Below, piece by piece: positions 11,613 to 21,297 of a DNA stretch of 32,542 nucleotides. Position numbers and translations under genes: made by a program. This DNA comes from Centroscyllium fabricii (Eukaryota): positions 127,999,459 through 128,032,000 of the forward strand of contig JBNRSN020000009.1 of NCBI GenBank assembly GCA_051313645.2. The letters run 5' to 3'. The notes beneath the pieces were generated by a model, which saw only the letters and a program-made list of their open reading frames with translations, ran no database searches and was not told the origin of the DNA. Each line of letters begins with the position of its first letter. The stretch's first letter is position 1.

Positions 11613-11967
11613 TTCATAGCGAGAGGATTCGAGTACAGGAGCAAGGATGTCTTGCTGCAGTTGTACAGGGCCTTGGTGAGACCACACCTCGACTATTGTG
11701 TGCAGTTTTGGTCACCTTATCTGAGGAAGGATGTTCTTGCCATGGAGGGAGTGCAGCGAAGATTCACCAGACTGATACCTGAGATGGCAGGAATGACGTA
11801 TGAGGAGAGATTGGGTCGATTAGGCTTATATTCGCTGGAGTTTAGAAGAATGAGAGGGGATCTCACTGAAACTTCTAAAATTCTAACAGGACTTTCCAAT
11901 GTATCTATATTTATATATGGACCGGCTGACTTGCCCATGTTGTTCAAGGATAGTAAAAATTCCTATG

Positions 11968-12127
11968 CCAAAGATGTGCGGGTTAGGTTGATTGGCCAGG
12001 ATAAATTGACCCTTAGTGTTAGGGGGATTAAATATGTGGGGTTACAGGGATAGGGTGGGATATGTGTCGGTGCAGGCTCGATGGGCCGAAATGGCCTCTG
12101 TCTGCACTGTAGGGATTCTATGATTCT
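11968..12127 (+). mobile_element. 5'-truncated HE1-like V-SINE
   Basis: CCAAAGATGTGCGGGTTAGGTTGATTGG...AAATTG matches the SINE at 4500-4545; tail GCTCGATGGGCCGAAATGGCCT...GATTCTATGATTCT. Confidence 0.8.
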
Positions 12128-12253
12128 TCATGGATCCGTCCCATCTAGTAGACTGGAAGCAATATGAACAATATCTGACTCAAAATACAGACCGAAAGAT
12201 GGTAGAAGGAAAGTTTATATTGTTTGCTTACTTGTTTATCCAAAGGGGATATA

Positions 12254-12684
12254 CAGGAAACTCTTTATTCGGCACCGACGGGACCGGCGTGGTGCCGGTT
12301 TATCAAGAAGTCCGGACTACATTGTGGTATAGTTAAAAGGTACGAGAGCTCCCATACATGGTAACAAATCCAGGCTTCCCTGCTTAGCAACATGTGCAAG
12401 AACCACGGCTGCAAATCCAGGCTTCCTTGTTGCTTAGCAACAGGTGCAAGAACCACGGCTACAAATTCAGGCTTCCCTGTTGCTTAGCAACAGGTGGAAG
12501 AACCGCGGCCACAAATTCAGGCTTCCCTGTTGCTTAGCTACAGGTGCAGGAACCCCGGTTACACAGCCACACATGCAGGAATGGCCACTAGTATGAAGTA
12601 AAACTTACCTGAACCTACTCCTGAATTTTGCCGGTTAACAGAGATTTCCAGTTATTTAGGTGCCGGTAAATCGAGAGTTTCCTG
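12254..12684. mobile_element. Tc1/mariner (pogo/Tigger-like) MITE
   Basis: TA TSD (12252-12253, 12685-12686); TIRs CAGGAAACTCT(TTATT)CGGCACC and GGTGCCG(GTAAATCG)AGAGTTTCCTG. Confidence 0.8.
12364..12563. repeat. Four tandem 50-bp units with palindromic core CCTGTTGCTTAGCAACAGG
   Basis: GCTTCC anchors at 12374, 12421, 12471 and 12521 (periods 47, 50, 50). Confidence 0.93.
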
Positions 12685-12908
12685 TATTATGATGGTTAAA
12701 GTACTGTTTATACGAGCTGTGTGTGGATTATGTGAAATTTCCTTCTTTGAACTGCGGTGATTTCCTGTCACAAAACCTGCAAAGTGGATAACAGATACAA
12801 AATCTTTCCCTTCTCCTTGGATCAGCCAAGGCACTGGGACCTGGACACAAACACTAATATTACAGTAATAAAGATACTCAGAGATCCCTCATAATAAAGA
12901 GAAGGTAG

Positions 12909-13866
12909 CGGGACTTGGAGCGAGAGCAGCGGGCTCCAAAAGGAGCAGCGGCGGCGGCAGAGACCAGACCCGGGAGCGGGCTCCAAAAGGAGCAGCGGCG
13001 GCGGCAGAGACCAGACCCGGGAGCGGGACTTGGAGCGAGAGCAGCGGGCTCCAAAAGGAACAGCGGCGGCGGCAGAGACCAGACCCGGGAGCGGGACTTG
13101 GAGCGAGAGCAGCGGGCTCCAAAAGGAGCAGCGGCGGCAGCAGAGACCAGACCCGGGAGCGGGACTTGGAGCGAGAGCAGCGGGCTCCAAAAGGAACAGC
13201 GGCGGCGGCAGAGACCAGACCCGGGAGCGGGACTTGGAGCGAGAGCAGCGGGCTCCAAAAGGAGCAGCGGCGGCGGCAGAGACCAGACCCGGGAGCGGGA
13301 CTTGGAGCGAGAGCAGCGGGCTCCAAAAGGAACAGCGGCGGCGGCAGAGACCAGACCCGGGAGCGGGACTTGGAGCGAGAGCAGCGGGCTCCAAAAGGAG
13401 CAGCGGCGGCGGCAGAGACCAGACCCGGGAGCGGGACTTGGAGCGAGAGCAGCGGGCTCCAAAAGGAACAGCAGCGGCGGCAGAGACCAGACCCGGGAGC
13501 GGGACTTGGAGCGAGAGCAGCGGGCTCCAAAAGGAGCAGCGGCGGCGGCAGAGACCAGACCCGGGAGCGGGACTTGGAGCGAGAGCAGCAGGCTCCAAAA
13601 GGAGCAGCGGCGGCGGCAGAGACCAGACCCGGGAGCGGGACTTGGAGCGAGAGCAGCGGGCTCCAAAAGGAGCAGCGGCGGCGGCAGAGACCAGACCCGG
13701 GAGCGGGACTTGGAGCGAGAGCAGCGGGCTCCAAAAGGAACAGCGGCGGCGGCAGAGACCAGACCCGGGAGCGGGACTTGGAGCGAGAGCAGCGGGCTCC
13801 AAAAGGAGCAGCGGCGGCGGCAGAGACCAGACCCGGGAGCGGGACTTGGAGCGAGAGCAGCGGGCT
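12909..13866 (+). repeat. 68-bp CpG-rich tandem monomers forming the LINE 5' end (13 full + 2 partial copies)
   Basis: Unit CGGGACTTGGAGCGAGAGCAGCGGGCTCCAAAAGGAGCAGCGGCGGCGGCAGAGACCAGACCCGGGAG; starts at 12909, 12977 (47 bp), then 13024+68n to 13840. Confidence 0.97.
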
Positions 13867-14360
13867 TCACACAGCGGCAGCGCGGGCTTTTTTCAAAGCC
13901 AGGCGGCGGGGCAAATCAATTGGAACCCGTATATAGGTGGAGCAGTTGCTAAACCCGAGACACTACACTAGTGTCTCCCACCCTTCCACCTCCTCTAACC
14001 TTTAGGGGTTGAGAGAATTTTAAAAAAAAGGTAGGTGATTTATTGATTATTTTCAGAGACTGAACGTGAGTGGAAGGGGCTCCTGGACAGAGGTAGCAGT
14101 CGGTGGCAGCAGCAGGACCAGGGCAGGAGTTTTTCGCGGGTCTTTCTTTTCAGGAGCAGGCAGCGGGATGGTACTAGGAGGAGACAACAGGAGGCGGCGG
14201 CTATAAAGGCAAGCAGGGTAAGTGATTTATTTATTTTTATTTATTTATTTTTCTGAGGGCTCTGTGGTATAACGGGGACTTCTGATAGACTAGCACCCTA
14301 GTATATATCTTGTTTTTTTGGGGTGTTAATTTTTTGTAAAAGTAATTAGTGGGGTAAGTC

Positions 14361-15312
14361 ATGTCAGTGCAGCACGGTGCCGTGCTTTGCTCCTCCTGCC
14401 ACATGTGGGAAGCCAGGGACACCATTGGAGCCCCTGGTGACCATGTGTGCGGGAAATGCGTCCACCTTCAGTTACTGACTGACCGCATTGTGGCACTGGA
14501 ACTGAGGGTGGATGGGTTAGGGAGCATTCGCGAAGCTGAGGGGCGCGTGGATTACTCATACAGTGAGCTGGTCACACCGCAGGCTAAGGGTGTGCAGGCA
14601 GAAGGGGAATGGGTGACCATCAGAAAGAACAGTAGGGCCAGGCAGGTAGAGCAGGAAACCTCTGTGGTCATCCCCCTCACGAACAAGTATACCGCTTTGG
14701 ATACTATTGGGGGGGGGGGACCTACCAGGGGAAAGCAGCAGTGGCCAAACTCCGGGCACTGGGGTTGCTTCTGCTGTTCAGCTGGGGGGGAAAAGGCATG
14801 AGAGAGCAATAGTGGTAGGGGACTCTATCGTAAGGAGAGCAGATAGGCGTTTCTGTGGCCGTAGACGTGACTCCAGGATGGTCTGTTGCCTCCCTGGTGC
14901 CAGGGTCAAGGATGTCACGGAACGGCTGCAGGACATCCTGAAAAGGGAGGGAAACCAGCCAAAGGTCGTTGTACACATAGGAATCAACGACATAGGTAAA
15001 AAGAGGGATGAGGTCCTGCAACAAGAATTCAGGGAGCTAGGCAGAAAATTAAAGTGCAGGACCTCAAAGGTTGTAATCTCTGGATTACTCCCTGTGCCAC
15101 GATTTAGTGAGTATAGGAATAGAAGGATAGAGCAGCTTAATACGTGGCTCAAGAGTTGGTGCAGGAGGGAGGGCTTTAGTTTCCTGGATAACTGGCCCTG
15201 TTTCTGGGAAAGGTGGGACTGGTATAGGGACGACGGTCTCCACCTTAACCGGAGGGGGACCAATATCCTGGCGGGGAGGTTTGCTAGCATGGTTGGGGAG
15301 GGTTTAAACTAA
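14361..15312 (+). CDS. CR1 ORF1p: CxxC..CxxC zinc finger, leucine zipper, SGNH/GDSL esterase (about 316 aa once one extra G in the 14709-14719 run is removed)
   Basis: CSSC...CGKC, LTDRIVALELRVDGL, GDSIV, GINDI, DGLHL; split in the ORF track into 14361-14801 and 14707-15312 at a G11 homopolymer. Confidence 0.9.
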
Positions 15313-18263
15313 CTTGGCAGGGGGTTGGGATAGGTAGTGGAAAAGAGGGAGGTCATAGGAAGCCAGAAACAAATGGTAGGAAGGTGAGAAACAATAAGCA
15401 AGGGAGAGAAACACAAAGGGCCAAACAAATTCATAATAGTGTGATCAAAACAAGCCTAAAGGCTTTGTATCTTAATGCAAGAAGCATTAGGAACAAGGTG
15501 GATGAACTAGCTGTTGAAATAGAGGTAAGCAAATATGAGTTGATTGGAATTACGGAAACATGGCTGCAGGGGGGGCAAGGCTGGGAACTCAACATCCCGG
15601 GGTATACAACATTCAGAAAGGATCGGCACAAAAGAAAGGGAGGTGGGGTGGCATTGCTGGTGAAAGAGGGGATAAATGCAATTGAAAGGAAGGATATTAA
15701 CTCAGATGATACGGAATCTATATGGGTAGAACTAAGAAATAGTAAAGGGCGGAAAACATTAGTGGGAGTTATATACAGGCCTCCAAATAGTAATATGGAG
15801 GTGGGGGACGGCATAAAAAGGGAAATTAGAGAAGCTTGCAATAAGGGCACAGCTGTCGTCATGGGCGACTTTAATCTACATATTGATTGGACTAGCCAAG
15901 TTAGTAAAAATACTGAGGAGGAGGAATTCCTAGAATGTCTACGGGATGGGTATCTGGACCAATATGTCGAGGAACCAACTCGGGATCAGGCCATCTTAGA
16001 CTGGGTATTGTGCAATGAGAAGGGACTAATTAACAATCTCGTTGTACGAGGCCCCTTGGGTCGGAGCGATCATAATATGATCGAATTCTCAGTTGAGATG
16101 GAAAGTGAAAAGATCAACTCAGAGACTAAGGTCCTGAATTTAAATAAAGGGAATTATGAAGGTATGAGAAGGGAATTAAGCAAGATAGATTGGGCAGTGT
16201 TCCTGGGGGGATTGAATGTGGATAGACAATGGCAAGCATTCAAGTATAGGATGGAAGAAATACAGAACTCGTTCATACCGGTTTGGCATAAGAATAAACC
16301 TAGAAAGGTGACTCAACCATGGATAACAAGGGAAATAAGGGACAACATTAAATCCAAAAAATGGGCATATCAATTGGCCAAAAAAAGTACTAGGCCGGAA
16401 GATTGGGAGCAGTTCAGGATACAGCAAAGGAAGACAAAGGGATTAATCAGGAGGGGGAAGATAGATTATGAATGTAAGCTTGCGGCAAACATAAAAACTG
16501 ACTGCAAAAGCTTTTACAGGTACATCAAGAGGAAAAGATTGGTAAAATCCCAAGTCGGTCCCTTGCAGTCCGATTCAGGGGAATATATAATGGGGAATAA
16601 AGAAATGGCAGACCAACTAAATTCATATTTTGGTACTGTCTTCACAAAGGAGGACACAAGCAACCTCCCAGGGATAGCAGCGAACATAGGGTCCAATGCA
16701 AGGGAGGAGCTGACAGATATCAGTATTTCTAGGGAGATGGTTTTGGGGAAGTTGAAGGGATTGAAGGCCGACAAATCCCCAGGGCCTGATAATCTACATC
16801 CTAGGGTACTTAAAGAGGTAGCCCCGGAAATAGAGGGTGCATTAAGGATCATTTTCCAGAACTCAATAGACTCTGGATCAGTACCCACGGATTGGAGTGT
16901 GGCTAATGTTACCCCACTATTTAAAAAGGGGGGCAGAGAGAAAGCAGGGAATTATAGACCAGTAAGCCTTACATCAGTAGTGGGCAAAATGCTCGAGTCC
17001 ATCATCAAGGATGTAATCTCGGAGCATTTGACAAGTAGGGATGAGATCGGACAGAGTCAACATGGGTTTACAAAAGGTAAATCATGTTTAACTAATCTAT
17101 TGGAATTCTTTGAGGAAGTAACTCGGAAAATAGATGGGGGAGAGCCAGTAGATGTGGTGTACCTTGACTTCCAGAAAGCTTTCGATAAGGTTCCACATAA
17201 AAGATTAGCATGTAAAATTAAGGCTCATGGGATTGGGGGCAAAGTTTTGATGTGGATAGAGAACTGGTTGGCAGACAGAAAACAGAGAGTTGGAATTAAC
17301 AGCTCGTTTTCTGAGTGGCAGCCGGTGACTAGTGGAGTACCGCAGGGGTCTGTCCTGGGACCTCAGCTGTTTACAATATATATTAATGATCTGGATCAGG
17401 GAATTGAATGTAATATCTCCAAATTCGCGGATGACACCAAACTAGGAGGGGGGGCAGGCTCTGAAGAGGGTGTCAGGAAGTTACAGGGCGATTTGGATAA
17501 GTTGGGGGACTGGGCAGATAGATGGCAGATGCACTATAATGTGGATAAATGTGAGGTTATCCACTTTGGGGGCAAAAACAGGAGGGCAGATTACTACTTA
17601 AATGGCAATAGATTGGGAGATGGGGAGGTGCAGAGAGACCTGGGTGTTCTTGTGCACCAGTCGCTGAAGGCGAGCACGCAGGTGCAGCAGGCGGTTAGGA
17701 AGGCAAATGGTATGTTGGCCTTCATATCAAGAGGGTTCGAGTATCGGAATAAGGATACCTTACTGCAGCTGTACAAGGCACTGGTGAGACCACACCTCGA
17801 GTACTGTGTACAGTTCTGGTCGCCTCGCCTGAGGAAGGATGTTCTTGCCATGGAAGGAGTGCAGCGGCGTTTAACCAGGCTGATTCCTGGAATGGCAGGA
17901 ATGACCTACGAGGAGAGATTGTGTAGTCTGGGCTTGTACTCGTTGGAGTTTAGAAGATTGAGAGGCGATCTCATTGAGACGTATAAAATTCTGAAAGGTC
18001 TGGACAGGTTAGATTCAGAGAGAATGTTTCCAATGGCGGGGGAGTCCAGAACCAGGGGCCACAGTCTAAGGATAAGGGGTAAACCATTTAGGACAGACAT
18101 GAGGAAGAATTTCTTCACTCAGAGAGTGGTGGGCCTGTGGAATTCCCTGCCACAGAGGGCGGTGGAGGCCAGTTCATTAAACATATTCAAGAGGGAATTG
18201 GATATATTTCTTCAAGCTAAAGGGATTGAAGGTTATGGAGAAAAGGCGGGGACGGGGTACTAG
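15288..18263 (+). CDS. CR1 ORF2p: APE endonuclease + reverse transcriptase (frame open from 15288; ORF track starts at GTG 15384; true start unknown)
   Basis: NARSI, ITETW, GDFN, SDH (APE); YRPVSL, LDFQKAFD, GVPQGSVLGP, FADD (RT); no stops over 959+ codons. Confidence 0.97.
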   Translation, partial: HGWGGFKLTWQGVGIGSGKEGGHRKPETNGRKVRNNKQGRETQRAKQIHNSVIKTSLKALYLNARSIRNKVDELAVEIEVSKYELIGITETWLQGGQGWELNIPGYTTFRKDRHKRKGGGVALLVKEGINAIERKDINSDDTESIWVELRNSKGRKTLVGVIYRPPNSNMEVGDGIKREIREACNKGTAVVMGDFNLHIDWTSQVSKNTEEEEFLECLRDGYLDQYVEEPTRDQAILDWVLCNEKGLINNLVVRGPLGRSDHNMIEFSVEMESEKINSETKVLNLNKGNYEGMRRELSKIDWAVFLGGLNVDRQWQAFKYRMEEIQNSFIPVWHKNKPRKVTQPWITREIRDNIKSKKWAYQLAKKSTRPEDWEQFRIQQRKTKGLIRRGKIDYECKLAANIKTDCKSFYRYIKRKRLVKSQVGPLQSDSGEYIMGNKEMADQLNSYFGTVFTKEDTSNLPGIAANIGSNAREELTDISISREMVLGKLKGLKADKSPGPDNLHPRVLKEVAPEIEGALRIIFQNSIDSGSVPTDWSVANVTPLFKKGGREKAGNYRPVSLTSVVGKMLESIIKDVISEHLTSRDEIGQSQHGFTKGKSCLTNLLEFFEEVTRKIDGGEPVDVVYLDFQKAFDKVPHKRLACKIKAHGIGGKVLMWIENWLADRKQRVGINSSFSEWQPVTSGVPQGSVLGPQLFTIYINDLDQGIECNISKFADDTKLGGGAGSEEGVRKLQGDLDKLGDWADRWQMHYNVDKCEVIHFGGKNRRADYYLNGNRLGDGEVQRDLGVLVHQSLKASTQVQQAVRKANGMLAFISRGFEYRNKDTLLQLYKALVRPHLEYCVQFWSPRLRKDVLAMEGVQRRLTRLIPGMAGMTYEERLCSLGLYSLEFRRLRGDLIETYKILKGLDRLDSERMFPMAGESRTRGHSLRIRGKPFRTDMRKNFFTQRVVGLWNSLPQRAVEASSLNIFKRELDIFLQAKGIEGYGEKAGTGY
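15300..15345 (+). promoter_or_regulatory. Candidate -1 programmed ribosomal frameshift signal (GGGTTTA/TTTAAAC slippery heptamers + downstream G-rich tract)
   Basis: ORF1 frame reads GAG GGT TTA AAC TAA, giving X XXY YYZ phasing; ORF2 is in the -1 frame and open across the site; TTTAAACTAA...TGGCAGGGGG is conserved at 9580-9602. Confidence 0.55.
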
Positions 18264-18464
18264 CTTGCTAAAGATCAGCCATGATCTCATTGAATGGCGG
18301 AGCAGGCTCGAAGGGCTGAATGGCCTACTCCTGCTCCTATCTTCTATGATTCTATGATTCTAAGGTAGGTCTACAGGTTCATACTGTTAGTTATCAGTAA
18401 TCACCAACAGAGCAGTTGCCTAGTCATTATATTTTTCCAACTTTCATTATTTTCTGCGCCCTTC

Positions 18465-18820
18465 TTTCCACCAATTTCTCCTCTACCCTTCAATTCCCTT
18501 GCTGGGATATGGCTCCATGGGCACCCGAATCTTGCCCAAGTGGCCACTCATCATATATAAACTTAGTGAATGCTGGATTATTCAACTGTAGGGCTTATCA
18601 TGTCCGAGAATGATCCTATGCGCAGCTAGTCTACACATGCTCTTCAGGGCATAAATTGGGGTGATCTTTCTCCTTCCCTTTCCAAGGGTACTGAGGCCAG
18701 TTGTAGCACCCCAATTGTTGACATGGCTTAAATCAGCTGACTACACAGACCCAGGGTTCAAACTTGGGATCTGCCTAATTTGTATAGCTCAGCTGCTCGA
18801 GCAGCTGAGACAATGAGGGA
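18465..18820 (-). mobile_element. Old tRNA-derived SINE (LF-SINE-like), diverged
   Basis: Reverse complement resembles 20585-20768 (CTGTG...TAGCTGA, CAATTGGCCTCAG-like blocks); family recalled, not verified. Confidence 0.5.
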
Positions 18821-19597
18821 GTTTTAAAAAGATCTGTGGCATCTTAAACGTAAGGCATACATTGCGTAACGTGCATTGCACTAAGAGAGCTTAAAGTTTC
18901 TCTGGGGTCTAATTGTGAGTAAGGTGTCGTTTTTCTCAGTCTCCACTGAATTTTTGCAAATATTTAGCAAGGCACAAGAAGCACTAGGAGGTGCTGTGAG
19001 TATTTAACAGTGATCATCCATCATTAATATCTGCAGTCGTAAAACAGTCCAGTCAATTTGTCTTAGTTATTTGCATGTGTGATTATTTTTGCCTTATGTA
19101 TAAAGTCCTTGAAATACCAGCTAATTTTGTAGAGACTGGAGAAATTTTCAGTGTAAAATACCCCAGGCTTAATTATAATGACTGTTATTAGCATTAATGC
19201 CCCTGCCCTGCAGCTGCATACACGGCCTCATAATAGGCTTGTTGCTCAGGTCGAAAATTAAAGATTCCAATCACTAAAACAAAAGTCACTGGTAATACAA
19301 CACAGACAAAACTTCTTGAACTGTTTTTTAAAATTAAATAAACACCACAAGAAATAAAAAAAATACTGTCTACAGACGCCAAAGAAAATAACCTTTTCAA
19401 ATATCTTGTGCTCCTTTCAGAGATTTTTCACCTTGAGTGCTCAGTGGATAGACTGCATGAGACTGACGCACAACCTACACAATGAGTGTTAGCCAACAGT
19501 GAAGGGGAGTATGCTCTGCAATATTAGTGTATAAGCACTTAACACCTTCATGTGAAACACCTTCTTCGTCTGCTATTTCAACATTTTGGAGGCCATG

Positions 19598-19705
19598 GTT
19601 AGATGAGGAAAGACAGGAGGAGGCTCAAGTGGAGCATAAACGCCGGCACAGACTGGTTGGGCCGAATGGCCTGTTTCTGTGCTGTATATCCTGTGTTATG
19701 TAATG
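19598..19705 (+). mobile_element. CR1 3' tail fragment
   Basis: GTGGAGCATAAACGCCGGCACAGACTGGTTGGGCCGAATGGCCTGTTTCTGTGCTGTA, with the GGCCGAATGGCC stem-loop common to CR1 tails in this window. Confidence 0.75.
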
Positions 19706-20584
19706 GTCATGTCAGACGGTTAATCAGCCTGTAAATCCTTCCATTACTTCACACTGTTCTCCAAGGGAAGTGTGAAGGTAGGAAAACAACATTTGGGTTC
19801 ATAACACAATTAAAATAATAGGCAAGGGAGTAGCAGTATGATTTTCAACCCCAAAATCATGATTGTTTTATCATTTTAGACAAAAACGGCCACAAAGATT
19901 GTAATCCCATGTGATTTTTTACATTAGTGCTAATTTTTGGTTCAATATTTAGAGCAAGAATATTTACAGCCCTAAAAAAAGTGGTAAAGCCCAAATTCGC
20001 CCACAATGCAAAATAAAAAGTGTAACACGTGCTTGAAAGCTCAAGGCAGTTATGAAGCTTGACGCCCAGTATTTGATGTTTTTCTGCAATAGCTATCCCA
20101 TGTTTTATATATGGAATCTCCCGTATTGTTGCTCACTGTTAGTCAGGGTGAGAAGAGGCTAGTGAATGGATAAAGAAGGTAGGGGGTGGCAATGGGATAT
20201 CGGAGAGGTTCGAGAGTAGTTGAGCAGCACAGTAGGTGGCAGGCAGGAGAGGCTGACAAAACAGCCCAAGCCCTCTCGAGCAAGCAAGACTAACAGGTGT
20301 AACTGTTAGCTTTACAGTGTCGCCCACTGATTTCAGTGTGCTGGGGGCATTATTACAGTGTTACCGATTCAAAGATTTGTTTATTACCTGGGTTTATTCA
20401 AAATCTGGTTGCAATTCATGCTGTACTTATTTTATTACAGATGTCAATCACGCTAATGTATTGTGTTGCAATGTTAAACTGCCTGGACCATCACATTGTA
20501 TGCATTTGTCGAAGTTTACCCTGCCCATATGAACTCTATATATTTGTACACTGTTGCAGGTAAAGCCTGCCCTGAAAGAGTTTC

Positions 20585-20768
20585 TCCGATGGCTCACTGG
20601 ATAAATTGGCCACGTGTGGTGCTAAGCTACAGGATAGAAAGTTCCGGATTCAATTCCCGACTGTGCTGAGTTAGCTGACCTCCGCTCAGAAATCTGTTGG
20701 TGCACCACAATTGCTCTCAATGCCCCTGGTCAATGGAGGGGAACATTCACCCAGGGTTCCCACTCCTA
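20585..20768 (+). mobile_element. 5' half of an LF-SINE-like SINE interrupted by the Harbinger; continues at about 25993-26090
   Basis: A box TGGCTCACTGG (20590-20600), degenerate B box GGATTCAATTCCC (about 20645-20657). Confidence 0.6.
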
Positions 20769-21297
20769 GGGGGGAATTTTCATGTCTCCGGCGGGCGGAG
20801 TTTTGGGCGGGCGGGAGCTGAAAATTTGACAATTTGTTTCCTGCCCATTCCCCGCCGGATTTGAATTTTCGTGCGGGCTTTTTTCCCGCCCCGAATCTGT
20901 CCCGCCGGCGCCCGGCGGGGATGCTTGTTCAGGTCGTTAAGGGCCCTTAATTGGCATCAGTAATCCCATTTTAAGGGCCCTTCACCATTTTCATGTGTTT
21001 CACGCACAAATCCCGCCAAGATAAACCTCGTCAGGTGAAACCTTTATGTGAACTCAGTGGGACTGCTGAGTATCTCTGTCCAGTCACTCAATGAAGGCTC
21101 ACATTTAATCAGCCATCATTTGCTTGTGCAAACACATTGTTGTCTCAGTCCTGGGGATATTTGCAACAGGCTTCAGCACACCTGTGGAAGGTTGAATCCT
21201 CAAACACTTCTGCAGTGTGACCTGGGAAAGCCCTCTCACTTCCCCCACCCCCCCTCCCTCACTCAGTGCTTCCTCAGCCGAGGCTGCCAGCACAGCC

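Larger units (their letters stand above)
8265..11894 (+). mobile_element. Decayed near-full-length CR1 LINE (internal endonuclease deletion, 3' end missing, nested insertions)
   Basis: Colinear with the intact copy at 14361-18000: ORF1 fragments (GDSIVR, CCLPGARVKDV) and RT fragments (GVPQGSVLGP, YINDLD, KFADDTK); many stops and frameshifts. Confidence 0.95.
9590..11894 (+). pseudogene. CR1 ORF2 remnant (reverse transcriptase; APE domain deleted)
   Basis: ORF-track fragments at 10104, 10388, 10892, 11177 and 11514 align in order to the 959-aa ORF2. Confidence 0.9.
12909..18361 (+). mobile_element. Young, essentially full-length CR1-clade LINE (HER1-type)
   Basis: 7-bp TSD AAGGTAG at 12902-12908 and 18362-18368; 5' monomer array, ORF1, uninterrupted ORF2, 3' UTR and (TTCTATGA)n tail. 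Confidence 0.97.

Noticed and set aside
12364-13866. CRISPR-like appearance of the 50-bp palindromic and 68-bp arrays
   Set aside because: There are no unique spacers (whole units repeat), no cas genes, and the context is vertebrate.
12822-13971. Six overlapping 256-345 aa repetitive ORFs on both strands
   Set aside because: They result from a stop-free GC-rich 68-bp unit (not a multiple of 3) cycling through all frames; there is no evidence for a protein.
14552-18118. Antisense ORFs within the intact CR1
   Set aside because: They are shadow ORFs of ORF1 and ORF2 with no independent motifs.
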